Below are positions 1 through 9,343 of a stretch of DNA of 64,000 bases, piece by piece. The DNA is taken from contig CAWAOJ010000002.1 in assembly GCA_963783725.1 (NCBI GenBank), positions 2,045,279-2,109,278 on the forward strand. Reading direction: 5' to 3'. This DNA is from an uncultured Chloroflexia bacterium. GTDB lineage: Bacteria > Chloroflexota > Limnocylindria > QHBO01. Under the pieces are notes generated by a model. It did not search any database. It saw nothing but the letters and a program-made list of their open reading frames with translations, and was not told the DNA's origin. Positions within the stretch are counted from its first letter, which is position 1. Every line of letters begins with the position of its first letter. A program made the translations under genes and the position numbers.

Positions 1-672
1 GACGGGTGGTCGTGGCTCCTCGCCGAGCTGCGCCACGGCGAGCCGACCCTCGACGCGGTGCGCGCCATCGGTGAGCTGACGGCGCGGATGCACGCCACCC
101 TCGCCTCGCGCCCCGACGACCCCGCATTCCCGGCTCGCCCGGCGACGCGCTCCGAGCGCGACGAGTGGCGTGCCGCGGCGGACGGTCAGCTGGCCGGCGC
201 CCTCGTTGCGGCGCCCGAGATCGCGCCGCTCGCCGACGCGATCCGGGAGGCGTTCGCCGCGCTGTCGCGCGCCGGCGCGGAGGTGCCACTCAGCCGCGTC
301 CACGGCGACTACCACCTGGGGCAGCTGCTGCACGATGGCGCCGGCCGCTTCTGGGTCATCGACTTCGAGGGCGAGCCGGCGCGCTCGCCCCGCGAGCGCC
401 GCCGGCCCGGCTCACCGCTGCGCGACGTCGCCGGTATGCTTCGCTCGCTCGACTACGCCGCCCGCACGGCGGGCGCCGCGGAAGGCTGGCTGCCGGCGGC
501 GCGCGAGGCGCTGCTCGCCGGGTATCGGTCGGCGGCCGGGCAGCTGGACGACCTGCTGCTGCGAGCATTCGAGCTGGAGAAGGCCTGCTACGAGGTGCGC
601 TACGAGGTGAACAACCGCCCCGATTGGGTTCGCCTGCCGCTCGACGCTCTGCGCCGCCTCGCGGTCCGATGA
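1..672 (+). CDS. mak: Maltokinase (Pep2/Mak-like aminoglycoside-phosphotransferase fold), 3' part; the ORF runs off the window start.
   Basis: Frame 1 is open from nt 1. HGDYHLGQ and VIDFEGEP motifs are typical of maltokinase. The stop overlaps the glgX start (ATGA). Confidence 0.55.
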   Translation, partial: DGWSWLLAELRHGEPTLDAVRAIGELTARMHATLASRPDDPAFPARPATRSERDEWRAAADGQLAGALVAAPEIAPLADAIREAFAALSRAGAEVPLSRVHGDYHLGQLLHDGAGRFWVIDFEGEPARSPRERRRPGSPLRDVAGMLRSLDYAARTAGAAEGWLPAAREALLAGYRSAAGQLDDLLLRAFELEKACYEVRYEVNNRPDWVRLPLDALRRLAVR

Positions 673-2795
673 CGGTGTGGCGCGGACGACCGCATCCGCT
701 GGGCGCCACGCCCGACGCCGAGGGAACGAACTTCGCGCTCTTCAGCCGCCACGCGACCGCGGTCGACCTGTGCCTCTTCGACGCGGACGGGCATGAGCGG
801 CGCGTGCGGATCGGTGAGCACTCCGACTTCGTGTGGCACTGCTACCTCCCCGGCATCGGTCCCGGCCAGCGCTACGGCTTCCGCGTCTGGGGACCGTTCG
901 AGCCGGAGCAGGGTCATCGGTTCAATCCGAACAAGCTGCTGCTCGACCCGTACGCGCGCTGGATCGACGGCAGCATCCCGGCCGACGACCTCCTCTTCGG
1001 CTACGTCCCCGGCGATCCGGAGCTCGACTTGTCGTTCGACACCCGCGACTCCGCGCCGGCGCTTCCCAAATGCGTCGTCGTGGCGCCCTCCTTCGACTGG
1101 GGCGACGACCGCGCGCCGGGCACCGCCTGGGAGGAGACGCTCATCTACGAGATGCACGTCAAGGGCTTCAGCGAGCTGAATCCGGCGGTGCCCGAGGCGG
1201 TGCGCGGAACGTACGCGGGCCTCGCCAGCGACGCCTCGCTGGCGTACCTCACCTCGCTCGGCGTGAGCGCGGTCGAGCTGCTGCCGATTCATCATCACCT
1301 CAGCGAGCGCTCGCTGGTGGAGCGGGGGCTCAGCAACTACTGGGGATACAACACGGTCGGCTTCTTCGCGCCCGACCCACGCTTCGCCGCCACCGACGAT
1401 CCGGTGCGCGAGGTGAAGGAGATGGTGCGCCGGCTGCACTCGGCCGGCCTCGAGGTGATCCTGGACGTGGTCTACAACCACACCGGCGAGGGGAGCGAGA
1501 CCGGTCCCACGGTCGTTTTTCGCGGCATCGACAACGTCGCCTACTACCGCATGCGGCGCGACGAGCGGCGGCGCTACGTCGACTACACCGGGACCGGCAA
1601 CACGCTCGACGCGACCGAGCCGCACGTGCTGCAGCTCATCATGGACAGCCTGCGGCACTGGATCAGCGACTACCACGTGGACGGCTTCCGCTTCGACCTC
1701 GCCTCGGCGCTCGCCCGCGAGCTGCACGAGGTGGACCGCCTCTCCGCCTTCTTCGACATCATCGGCCAGGACCCCCTCATCAGCCGCGTCAAGCTCATCG
1801 CCGAGCCCTGGGACCTGGGCGAGGGCGGCTACCAGGTCGGCAACTTCCCGGCCGGCTGGTCCGAGTGGAACGGCCGCTACCGCGACACGGTGCGACGCTT
1901 CTGGCGTGGCGACGGCCGCCAGGCGGCGGAGCTGGCGTATCGGCTCAGCGGCTCGTCGGACCTGTACGCCAGCGACGGCAGGCGTCCGCACGCGTCGATC
2001 AATTTCGTCACCAGCCACGACGGCTTCACGCTGCGCGACCTGGTCAGCTACGAGCAGCGGCACAACGAGGCGAACGGCGAGGACAACCGCGACGGCTCGC
2101 AGGCCAACGACTCGCTCAACTTCGGCGTGGAGGGGCCGACCGACGACCCCGTCGTGCTCGAGGCGCGGGGTCGCCAGCAGCGCAACATGCTGGCCACCCT
2201 GCTCCTGTCGCAGGGCGTGCCGATGCTGCTCGGCGGCGACGAGATCGGCCGCACGCAGCAGGGGAACAACAACGCGTACTGCCAGGACGACCGGATCTCA
2301 TGGTTCGACTGGTCCACCGCCGACGAGCCGCTGCTGGCGTTCACGACCGGCCTGGTGGCGCTGTTTCGGCAGCACCCCGTCCTTCGCCGGCGGCGCTTCT
2401 TCCAGGGCCGCCGCATCCGGGGCTCATCGGTCAAGGACCTGACCTGGTACGGGCCCGGCGGCACCGAGATGACCGACGAGGAATGGTCGGCCGATGTCCG
2501 CACGCTCGGCCTGCGCCTCGCCGGTGACGCCATCACGGAGACCGATGACCGCGGCGAGCGGATCGTGGACGACACGCTGCTGCTGGTCCTGAACGCCGCG
2601 GATGCTTCGGCCGAGTTCGCCCTGCCGCGCGACCACGGCGGCGAATGGCGGCTCGTCTTCGACACCTCGGCGCCGGGCGCGCCGGCGCTCGGCCGCGATG
2701 CGCCGATCGCCGCGGCGCGCCACGAGCTCGGGCCGCGATCGATGGCGGTCTTCCTGCTCCCCCGGCGGCCCCCGGGAAACGGCAAGCCCGGCTGA
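669..2795 (+). CDS. glgX: Glycogen debranching enzyme GlgX (GH13).
   Basis: The N-terminus MTVWRGRPHPLGAT...GTNFALFS and the GH13 catalytic blocks (GFRFDLAS, EPWD) match GlgX. The true start is the ATG at 669; the track ORF starting at 165 overlaps mak. Confidence 0.85.
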   Translation: MTVWRGRPHPLGATPDAEGTNFALFSRHATAVDLCLFDADGHERRVRIGEHSDFVWHCYLPGIGPGQRYGFRVWGPFEPEQGHRFNPNKLLLDPYARWIDGSIPADDLLFGYVPGDPELDLSFDTRDSAPALPKCVVVAPSFDWGDDRAPGTAWEETLIYEMHVKGFSELNPAVPEAVRGTYAGLASDASLAYLTSLGVSAVELLPIHHHLSERSLVERGLSNYWGYNTVGFFAPDPRFAATDDPVREVKEMVRRLHSAGLEVILDVVYNHTGEGSETGPTVVFRGIDNVAYYRMRRDERRRYVDYTGTGNTLDATEPHVLQLIMDSLRHWISDYHVDGFRFDLASALARELHEVDRLSAFFDIIGQDPLISRVKLIAEPWDLGEGGYQVGNFPAGWSEWNGRYRDTVRRFWRGDGRQAAELAYRLSGSSDLYASDGRRPHASINFVTSHDGFTLRDLVSYEQRHNEANGEDNRDGSQANDSLNFGVEGPTDDPVVLEARGRQQRNMLATLLLSQGVPMLLGGDEIGRTQQGNNNAYCQDDRISWFDWSTADEPLLAFTTGLVALFRQHPVLRRRRFFQGRRIRGSSVKDLTWYGPGGTEMTDEEWSADVRTLGLRLAGDAITETDDRGERIVDDTLLLVLNAADASAEFALPRDHGGEWRLVFDTSAPGAPALGRDAPIAAARHELGPRSMAVFLLPRRPPGNGKPG

Positions 2796-2804
2796 GGAGG
2801 CGGC

Positions 2805-5018
2805 TCAGCGCGACGCGGGGACGAAGACCAGCGTGCCGAGCGGCGGCAGCGTCAGCTCGGCCGAGGCGGGAAGGCCGTGGAACGGGATCGCCTCGCCGCG
2901 CACGCCGCCCAGGTTGCCGACGTTCGAGCCGCCGTACAGCTCGGCGTCGGAGTTGAGCACCTCGTCGTACGCGATGGCGCGCGGCATCCCCAAGCGGTAC
3001 CCGTGCCGCACCACCGGGGTCAGGTTCTGGACCACGACCGCGAACTCGCCCGACTCGACCGACCCGCGGACGAAGGCGAAGATCGAGGCCTCGACGTCCG
3101 AGCAGTCGATCCAGGCGAATCCGGCCGGGTCCGGATCCGACCTCCACAGCGCCGGCGTGCCGAGGTAGAGCGCGCCGAGATCGGCCAGGTAACGGCCGAA
3201 GGCCGCCCGCATCGGGTCATCGGCCAGAGACCAGTCGAGCCCGACATCGGCGTTCCACTCGGTCCATGGCGCGAGCTCGGTGCCCATGAAGAGCAGCTTC
3301 TTGCCCGGCTGGGTGTACATGTTGGCCAGCAGGCAGCGCAGGTTCGCGAACTTGCGCCACTCGTCGCCGGGCATCTTGTCGAGCAGGGAGCGCTTGCCGT
3401 GCACCACCTCGTCGTGCGACAGCGGCAGCACGAAGTGCTCGGTGTTCAGGTACAGGCCACGGAAGGTCAGCCGGTCCTGGTGGTAGCGCCGGTGGATCGG
3501 GTCGCGGCTGAAGAAGTCGAGCGTGTCGTGCATCCAGCCCATGTCCCACTTGAACCCGAAGCCGAGCCCGCCGGCATACGTCGGGCGGGTGACGCCGGGG
3601 AAGGCGGTCGACTCCTCGGCGATGGTCACGATGCCGCCGAAACGCCCGTAGCAGCGCTCGTTGAACTCGCGCAGGAAGGCGATCGAGTCGAGGTTCTCGT
3701 TGCCGCCGTGCACGTTGGGAATCCACTCGCCGCGCTTGCGCGAGTAGTCGAGGTAGAGCATCGAGGCCACCGCGTCCACCCGCAGCCCGTCGATGTGGAA
3801 CTGGTCGAGCCAGTACAGCGCGTTGGCGACCAGGAAGTTGCGCACCTCGTTGCGCCCGGTGTTGAAGATCAGGGTGCCCCAGTCGGGATGCTCGCCGCGA
3901 CGCGGGTCGGCGTGCTCGTAGAGCGCCGTGCCGTCGAAGCGGGCGAGGCCGAACGCGTCCCGCGGGAAGTGCGCCGGGACCCAGTCCAGGATGACGCCGA
4001 TCCCCGCCCGGTGCAGCGTGTCGACCAGGAAGCGCAGGTCGTCGGGCGAGCCGAAGCGCGAGGTCGGGGCGTAGTAGCCGGTCACCTGGTAGCCCCACGA
4101 GGCGTCGAACGGGTGCTCCGCCAGCGGCAGGAACTCGACGTGGTTGAAGCCGAAGCGCCGGCAGTGCTCGACCAGCAGCGGCGCGGCCTCGCGGTAGCTC
4201 AGCCACGATCCGTCGGCGTGCCGGCGCCACGAGCCAAGGTGGAGCTCGTAGGTGGCGGCGGGGGAGCGGAGCTGGTCGCGACGGGCGCGTTCCGTCATCC
4301 ACGCCTCGTCCCCCCAGGCGTAGTCGTCGAGGCGCACCACTCGCGACGCGGTCTGCGGTCGCAGCTCCATGGCGAAGCCCACCGGATCCCCCTTCAGGCG
4401 CAGCTCGCCGTCGCCGCCGAGGACCTCGTACTTGTACAGCTCCCCGGGACCGATGTCGGGGACGAACAGCTCCCACACGCCGGACGAGCCGAGCGACCGC
4501 ATCGGCATCAGGCGGCCGTTCCAGATGTCGAAGTCGCCGGCCACCCTCACCGACCTCGCCGCCGGCGCCCACACCGCGAACGCGACGCCGTCGACGCCGT
4601 CGATCGTGCGCGGGTGCGCCCCGAGCACGTCATACAGCCGCTCGTGGGTGCCCTCGCCGATCAGGTGCAGGTCCACCTCGCCCAGGGTCGGCAGGAACCG
4701 ATACGGGTCGCCGTGCTCCCAGTGGCTGCCATCGGCGAAGGTGAGACGCAGCCGGTAGCGAAACGCGGCCGGCTGGGCCCCCGCGACGAAGGCCGCCCAG
4801 ATCCCGTTCCCGACGGACTGCATCTCGTACGGGCCGGAGGGGGCGAGCACCGATGCGGCAGTCGCGTCGGGGTGGAAGGCGCGGACGACCACCCCGTCCT
4901 CGACGGCGTGAATGCCGAGCACCGAGTGCGGATCGTGGTGCTCGCCGCGCGCGATTCGGGCGGCGTCGTCGAGCGGCGGCGCCAGCAGGTCGAGCTGAAG
5001 GGACATCGGTCTAACCAT
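2805..5018 (-). CDS. glgB: 1,4-alpha-glucan branching enzyme GlgB.
   Basis: 737 aa. Blocks such as GFRFDAVASMLY and the overall length are typical of GlgB. Confidence 0.9.
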   Translation of the reverse strand: MVRPMSLQLDLLAPPLDDAARIARGEHHDPHSVLGIHAVEDGVVVRAFHPDATAASVLAPSGPYEMQSVGNGIWAAFVAGAQPAAFRYRLRLTFADGSHWEHGDPYRFLPTLGEVDLHLIGEGTHERLYDVLGAHPRTIDGVDGVAFAVWAPAARSVRVAGDFDIWNGRLMPMRSLGSSGVWELFVPDIGPGELYKYEVLGGDGELRLKGDPVGFAMELRPQTASRVVRLDDYAWGDEAWMTERARRDQLRSPAATYELHLGSWRRHADGSWLSYREAAPLLVEHCRRFGFNHVEFLPLAEHPFDASWGYQVTGYYAPTSRFGSPDDLRFLVDTLHRAGIGVILDWVPAHFPRDAFGLARFDGTALYEHADPRRGEHPDWGTLIFNTGRNEVRNFLVANALYWLDQFHIDGLRVDAVASMLYLDYSRKRGEWIPNVHGGNENLDSIAFLREFNERCYGRFGGIVTIAEESTAFPGVTRPTYAGGLGFGFKWDMGWMHDTLDFFSRDPIHRRYHQDRLTFRGLYLNTEHFVLPLSHDEVVHGKRSLLDKMPGDEWRKFANLRCLLANMYTQPGKKLLFMGTELAPWTEWNADVGLDWSLADDPMRAAFGRYLADLGALYLGTPALWRSDPDPAGFAWIDCSDVEASIFAFVRGSVESGEFAVVVQNLTPVVRHGYRLGMPRAIAYDEVLNSDAELYGGSNVGNLGGVRGEAIPFHGLPASAELTLPPLGTLVFVPASR

Positions 5019-5054
5019 ACCCCTCGACGCGCTGCACGCCGCGTGCGAGGCCGT

Positions 5055-7115
5055 TCAGCTGTCGGGCGAGAGGGCGCTGCGCACTGCATCCTCGGTCTCT
5101 GCGGAGGTCAGCACGGTGAGCCGATCGCCCGCGTGGACGGTCGTGTCCGCGCGCGGGAAGAGCACCTCCGCCTCGCGCAGCAGCGAGACGACCAGCGTCG
5201 CCGGAGGCAGGATCGCGTCGGCCAGGGTGTGCCCGGCCAGCGGCGACGAATCGGTCACCAGCACCTCGAGCAGCGTCGTCTCGGGCGGCAGGGCGGTGAC
5301 GCGACGGACGCTCTGGCGCAGGACCGACTTGTAGGCTCGCACCACGTCGCGCACGCCAAGGCGGCCGATGACCCGATCGCCGTCCACCACCGGCGCCCAG
5401 CGCACCCGCGCCTCGTCGAGCGCCTGCAGCGCCTCGTCGAGGGCGAGGTCGGGCGACAGCGCGGCCCGCTTCTCGGCGACGTCGCCCACCGTCGCGTCGG
5501 ATGGCGCCGCCAGCAGCGCGTCGGCCGTCACCACGCCGACCAGCCGCCCGCCATCGGCCACCACGGCGCCCGTCTCCGCGGCAGTCGTGCGCGCGACCGC
5601 GATCGTCGTCGACGAGCTGAGCGGCATGACCGCGACGACCGCGTCGCGAACCGCTAGCGAGGAGAGCAGCGGGAACGAGAGGCGAACGCGGTGCGCCGGC
5701 GAGGCCGCCCGGTTGGGGAGCTGCGAGCGATAGATCGAGTGGTCGCCGACCAGCGCGGTGGAGAGCGCCACCGCGATCATGGCCGGCGCCAGCAGCGACA
5801 GGTTGCCGGTCATCTCGGCCACCATGAGCATCACCGCCAGCGGCGCGTGGGCGATCCCGCCGAAGAGCGCCATCATGCCCACGATCACGAAGGGCGCCGG
5901 ATCGGCGGGGAGGCCGGGCAGCACCCCCACGCCGAGCCGCCACAGCGCCGCCCCCAGGAAGCCGCCGATCACCATGCCGGGGCCGAAGATGCCGCCGGAT
6001 CCTCCCGATCCGATCGACAGCGCGGTGGCGGCGATCTTGGCGAAGGGCAGGACCAGCACGACCCACAGCGGGATGCCAAGCAGCTCGCGGGTCATGCCGA
6101 CCTGCACCCACCCGTAGCCGGTGTGCAGCGCCTGGGGCAGCACCAGGCCGATGAGCCCGACCGCCAGGCCCCCGATGGCGGGCTTGGTCCAGCGCGGCAG
6201 CCTGAGCCGCTTGAACGCGTCCACCGCGCCGTAGAAGACCTTCGAGTAGAGCATCCCGACCAGGCCGCAGGCGATCCCGAGCACCGCGTAGTACGGCAGC
6301 TGGATCGGCGATTCGAGCGCGATCCCGGGCTGCGCTCCGAAGATCGGCTGGAAGCCGTAGAAGGCGCCGAAGACGCTGTAGGCGACGATCGAGGCGATGA
6401 GGCCGGGGATGATCGCCTCGACCTCGAGGTCGTGCAGGTACAGGATCTCGGCGGCCATGACCGCGCCCCCGAGCGGCGCGCGGAAGATGGCGCCGATCCC
6501 CGCGCCCATGCCGGCCGCGACGGCGATGCGCCGATCCTGCGCGCTGAGGTGCAGCCAGGTCGCGAGCAGCGACCCGAACCCGGCCGAGATCTGCGCGGCC
6601 GGCCCCTCGCGCCCGCCGGAGCCACCGCTGCCGATGGTGATTGCCGAAGCGATGAGCTTGATGGGCGGGATGCGCGCCCGCATTCGTCCGCCGCGGTGAT
6701 GCACCGCGTCGATGGCCGCATCGGTCCCGTGGCCCTCCGCCTCGGGGGCGAGGCCGAACACGATGGCGCCGGAGACAAGGCCGCCCAGCGCCACGACCAG
6801 CGGGACGAGGAGCGGGGCGCTGCTCGGCAGGGCCGCGCCCCTGACGCCGCCTTCGCCGAAGGGCAGTGGCGGAAGGTAGCCCGCCAGGTCGCCGAGCAGG
6901 AGCCGCGTGGCGAGCTCCAGGACCAGGAAGAAGAGCGCGGCCCCGAGCCCCGCCACGATGCCGATCAGCGTGCTCAGCACCGCCCACTTGCCCAGGTAGG
7001 CCTGGCCCTCGAAACCGCCGGCTCCGCCGCGGGAAGGGACGGCGTGCACGGCGCGAGCGAGCAGCGTGCGCAGGCCACGGCGCGAGGCCGGGGCCGACTC
7101 CTGGGGTGGTGTCAC
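5055..7115 (-). CDS. ClC-family chloride channel with C-terminal CBS pair and TrkA-C domain.
   Basis: GSGGSGGREGP and GIFGPGM selectivity motifs, about 10 TM segments, and a C-terminal RCK_C-like tail. Confidence 0.8.
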   Translation of the reverse strand: MTPPQESAPASRRGLRTLLARAVHAVPSRGGAGGFEGQAYLGKWAVLSTLIGIVAGLGAALFFLVLELATRLLLGDLAGYLPPLPFGEGGVRGAALPSSAPLLVPLVVALGGLVSGAIVFGLAPEAEGHGTDAAIDAVHHRGGRMRARIPPIKLIASAITIGSGGSGGREGPAAQISAGFGSLLATWLHLSAQDRRIAVAAGMGAGIGAIFRAPLGGAVMAAEILYLHDLEVEAIIPGLIASIVAYSVFGAFYGFQPIFGAQPGIALESPIQLPYYAVLGIACGLVGMLYSKVFYGAVDAFKRLRLPRWTKPAIGGLAVGLIGLVLPQALHTGYGWVQVGMTRELLGIPLWVVLVLPFAKIAATALSIGSGGSGGIFGPGMVIGGFLGAALWRLGVGVLPGLPADPAPFVIVGMMALFGGIAHAPLAVMLMVAEMTGNLSLLAPAMIAVALSTALVGDHSIYRSQLPNRAASPAHRVRLSFPLLSSLAVRDAVVAVMPLSSSTTIAVARTTAAETGAVVADGGRLVGVVTADALLAAPSDATVGDVAEKRAALSPDLALDEALQALDEARVRWAPVVDGDRVIGRLGVRDVVRAYKSVLRQSVRRVTALPPETTLLEVLVTDSSPLAGHTLADAILPPATLVVSLLREAEVLFPRADTTVHAGDRLTVLTSAETEDAVRSALSPDS

Positions 7116-7184
7116 GGGTCGAGTCTAGGATGGACCGGCCGCTTCTGGCGAACCGATGGCTCGCGGCGGCCACGGCGTGCTAGG

Positions 7185-7218
7185 GTTGCACCCGATCTCT
7201 CGTTGCACCCGATCTCTC
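7185..7218. promoter_or_regulatory. Perfect tandem duplication of the 17-bp unit GTTGCACCCGATCTCTC in the mreB / ClC divergent promoter region.
   Basis: Seen directly in the sequence: two adjacent identical 17-mers about 55 bp upstream of the mreB start. Confidence 0.4.
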
Positions 7219-7270
7219 AATGAGCGCCGTCCCGAGCCCGCGGACGCGCTGAGCACTCTGCGGAGGACGC

Positions 7271-8326
7271 TTGGGACTCTTCGACGGCCTGCTCGGCCTC
7301 CTCAGCCACGACGTCGGCATCGACCTCGGCACGGCCAACACGCTCGTCACCGTGCGCCACCGGGGCATCGTGATCTCCGAGCCGAGCGTGGTGGCCATGG
7401 ACACCCGCACCAAGCGCGTGCTCGCCATCGGCGCGGAGGCCAAGCGCATGGTCGGACGCACGCCGGCCAACATCGTCGCCATCCGTCCGCTGCGCGACGG
7501 GGTGATCAGCGACTTCGACGTCACCGAGCAGATGATTCGCTACTTCATCGCCAAGGTCCACGACCGATACGCCCGCATTCCGCGCCCGCGCGTCCTGGTC
7601 GGCATCCCGTCGGGCGTCACCGAGGTCGAGAAGCGCGCCGTGCGCGACGCGACCATCAACGCCGGCGCGCGCTGGGCGCGGCTGATCGAGGAGCCGATGG
7701 CCGCCGCCATCGGCGCAGGGCTGCCCGTGGCCGAGCCGTCGGGGTCGCTGATCGTGGACATCGGCGGCGGAACGACCGAGGTCGCCGTCATCAGCCTTGG
7801 CGGCATCGTGGTCGCGCGCAGCATCCGCATCGGCGGGGACGAGATGGACGTGGACATCGTGGGATTCGCGCGACGCGAGTACAACCTGCTGATGGGCGAG
7901 CGGACGGCGGAGGAGATCAAGATCGCGGTCGGCTCCGCCTATCCGCAGTCGGGCGACCGCACGGTCACGTTCCGCGGGCGCGACCTGCTGACCGGCCTGC
8001 CGCGCAGCGTCGAGGTCAGCAGCGAGCAGATCCGCGAGGCGCTCGAGCCGTCGGTGGCGCAGATCATCGAGGCCATCAAGGAGACGATCGAGGAGACGCC
8101 GCCGGAGCTGGTGGCCGACATCATGGACCAGGGGATCGTGCTCGCCGGCGGCGGCGCGCTGCTGCTGGGGCTCGATAAGCGTGTCGCGGAGGCGACCCAG
8201 ATGCCGGTGCACATCGCGGACGATCCGCTGACCTGCGTGGTGCGCGGCACGGGACGCGTGCTCGAGGAGCTCGACTCGCTCGAGCGCGTGCTCGTCTCCG
8301 AGCAGTTCACCCGCGCGCCGCGCTGA
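7271..8326 (+). CDS. mreB: Rod-shape-determining actin homologue MreB.
   Basis: The N-terminus GIDLGTANTLV and the actin-like ATPase blocks match MreB. 351 aa. Confidence 0.9.
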   Translation: MGLFDGLLGLLSHDVGIDLGTANTLVTVRHRGIVISEPSVVAMDTRTKRVLAIGAEAKRMVGRTPANIVAIRPLRDGVISDFDVTEQMIRYFIAKVHDRYARIPRPRVLVGIPSGVTEVEKRAVRDATINAGARWARLIEEPMAAAIGAGLPVAEPSGSLIVDIGGGTTEVAVISLGGIVVARSIRIGGDEMDVDIVGFARREYNLLMGERTAEEIKIAVGSAYPQSGDRTVTFRGRDLLTGLPRSVEVSSEQIREALEPSVAQIIEAIKETIEETPPELVADIMDQGIVLAGGGALLLGLDKRVAEATQMPVHIADDPLTCVVRGTGRVLEELDSLERVLVSEQFTRAPR

Positions 8327-8342
8327 TCGCGGAGGAGCGGTC

Positions 8343-9194
8343 GTGATCGGCGCGTCGCGGCAGCGATCGCGCAGTGGGCTGTGGTTCGCGGCCTTCACCA
8401 TCCTGAGCCTGCTGATGCTGCTCGCCTCGCGAACCGAGCAGGCGAGCACGCTGCAGCAGGTGAGCGCGCAGGCCCTCGACCCGCTGAGGCGCGCGATCGG
8501 CGGTGTCGGGGAAGGCGTGGCGGGGCTGTTCGGCACCATCGGCGAGATCGACCGCCTGCGAAGCGACAACGACCGGCTGCGCAGCGAGCTCTCCGGCGCC
8601 GAGCAGCGCATCGCCGGCCTGACCGAGGCGGCGCGCGAGAACGACCAGCTGCGTGCGCTGCTCGGGCTCACCCGTGCCCTCGACATGAAGCTCCTGCCGG
8701 TGCGGATCGTGAGTCGCGACCCGAGCAACTTCACCTGGGAGGTGGGGATCGACGCCGGGACCGATGACGGCGTGCGCCCCGGCATGGCGGTGGTCGGCAG
8801 CGCGGAGGGCGCGGGCGCGCTGGCCGGCACGGTGGTGTCCGCGGGGACCTCGACGGCACGCGTCCGATTCGTGGTGGACACGCGGTCGAGCGTCATCGGC
8901 CTCGACCAGCAGACCCGCGCGCTCGGCCTGGTCCAGGGCCAGCTCGGCGGGCAGCTGGTGATGGTCAAGCTGCAGGCCACCGACCCCGTGACCGTGGGCG
9001 ACGCGGTCGTGTCGGCCGGCCTCTCCATCGGCACGGAGGCCCGCAGCCCGTACCCCAAGGGACTGCTGATGGGAACCGTCCAGGCGCTGCAGACCGATGC
9101 CAACGGCCTCACCAAGACCGCCTTCCTGCGCTCGGCGATCGACTTCGGCAAGGTGGACCGGCTGCTGGTGGTGACCTCCTTCACGCAGGGCTGA
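8343..9194 (+). CDS. mreC: Rod-shape-determining protein MreC.
   Basis: Placed directly after mreB, with an N-terminal TM segment, a coiled-coil region and an MreC-like C-terminal beta domain. A GGAGGA SD precedes the GTG start. Confidence 0.7.
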   Translation: MIGASRQRSRSGLWFAAFTILSLLMLLASRTEQASTLQQVSAQALDPLRRAIGGVGEGVAGLFGTIGEIDRLRSDNDRLRSELSGAEQRIAGLTEAARENDQLRALLGLTRALDMKLLPVRIVSRDPSNFTWEVGIDAGTDDGVRPGMAVVGSAEGAGALAGTVVSAGTSTARVRFVVDTRSSVIGLDQQTRALGLVQGQLGGQLVMVKLQATDPVTVGDAVVSAGLSIGTEARSPYPKGLLMGTVQALQTDANGLTKTAFLRSAIDFGKVDRLLVVTSFTQG

Positions 9195-9343
9195 CTCCAA
9201 GCGCCGGGCGGCGGCACGCTCCGACCCGTGCCGATCGGCATGGCCCCAATGCCGCTCGGCCGATGCGACCATCCGGTCATAGGAAGCCCCGAAGTCGGGG
9301 CATAGGGTGAGGAGCCGAGCCGACCGAACCCGAGGATCCCGCA

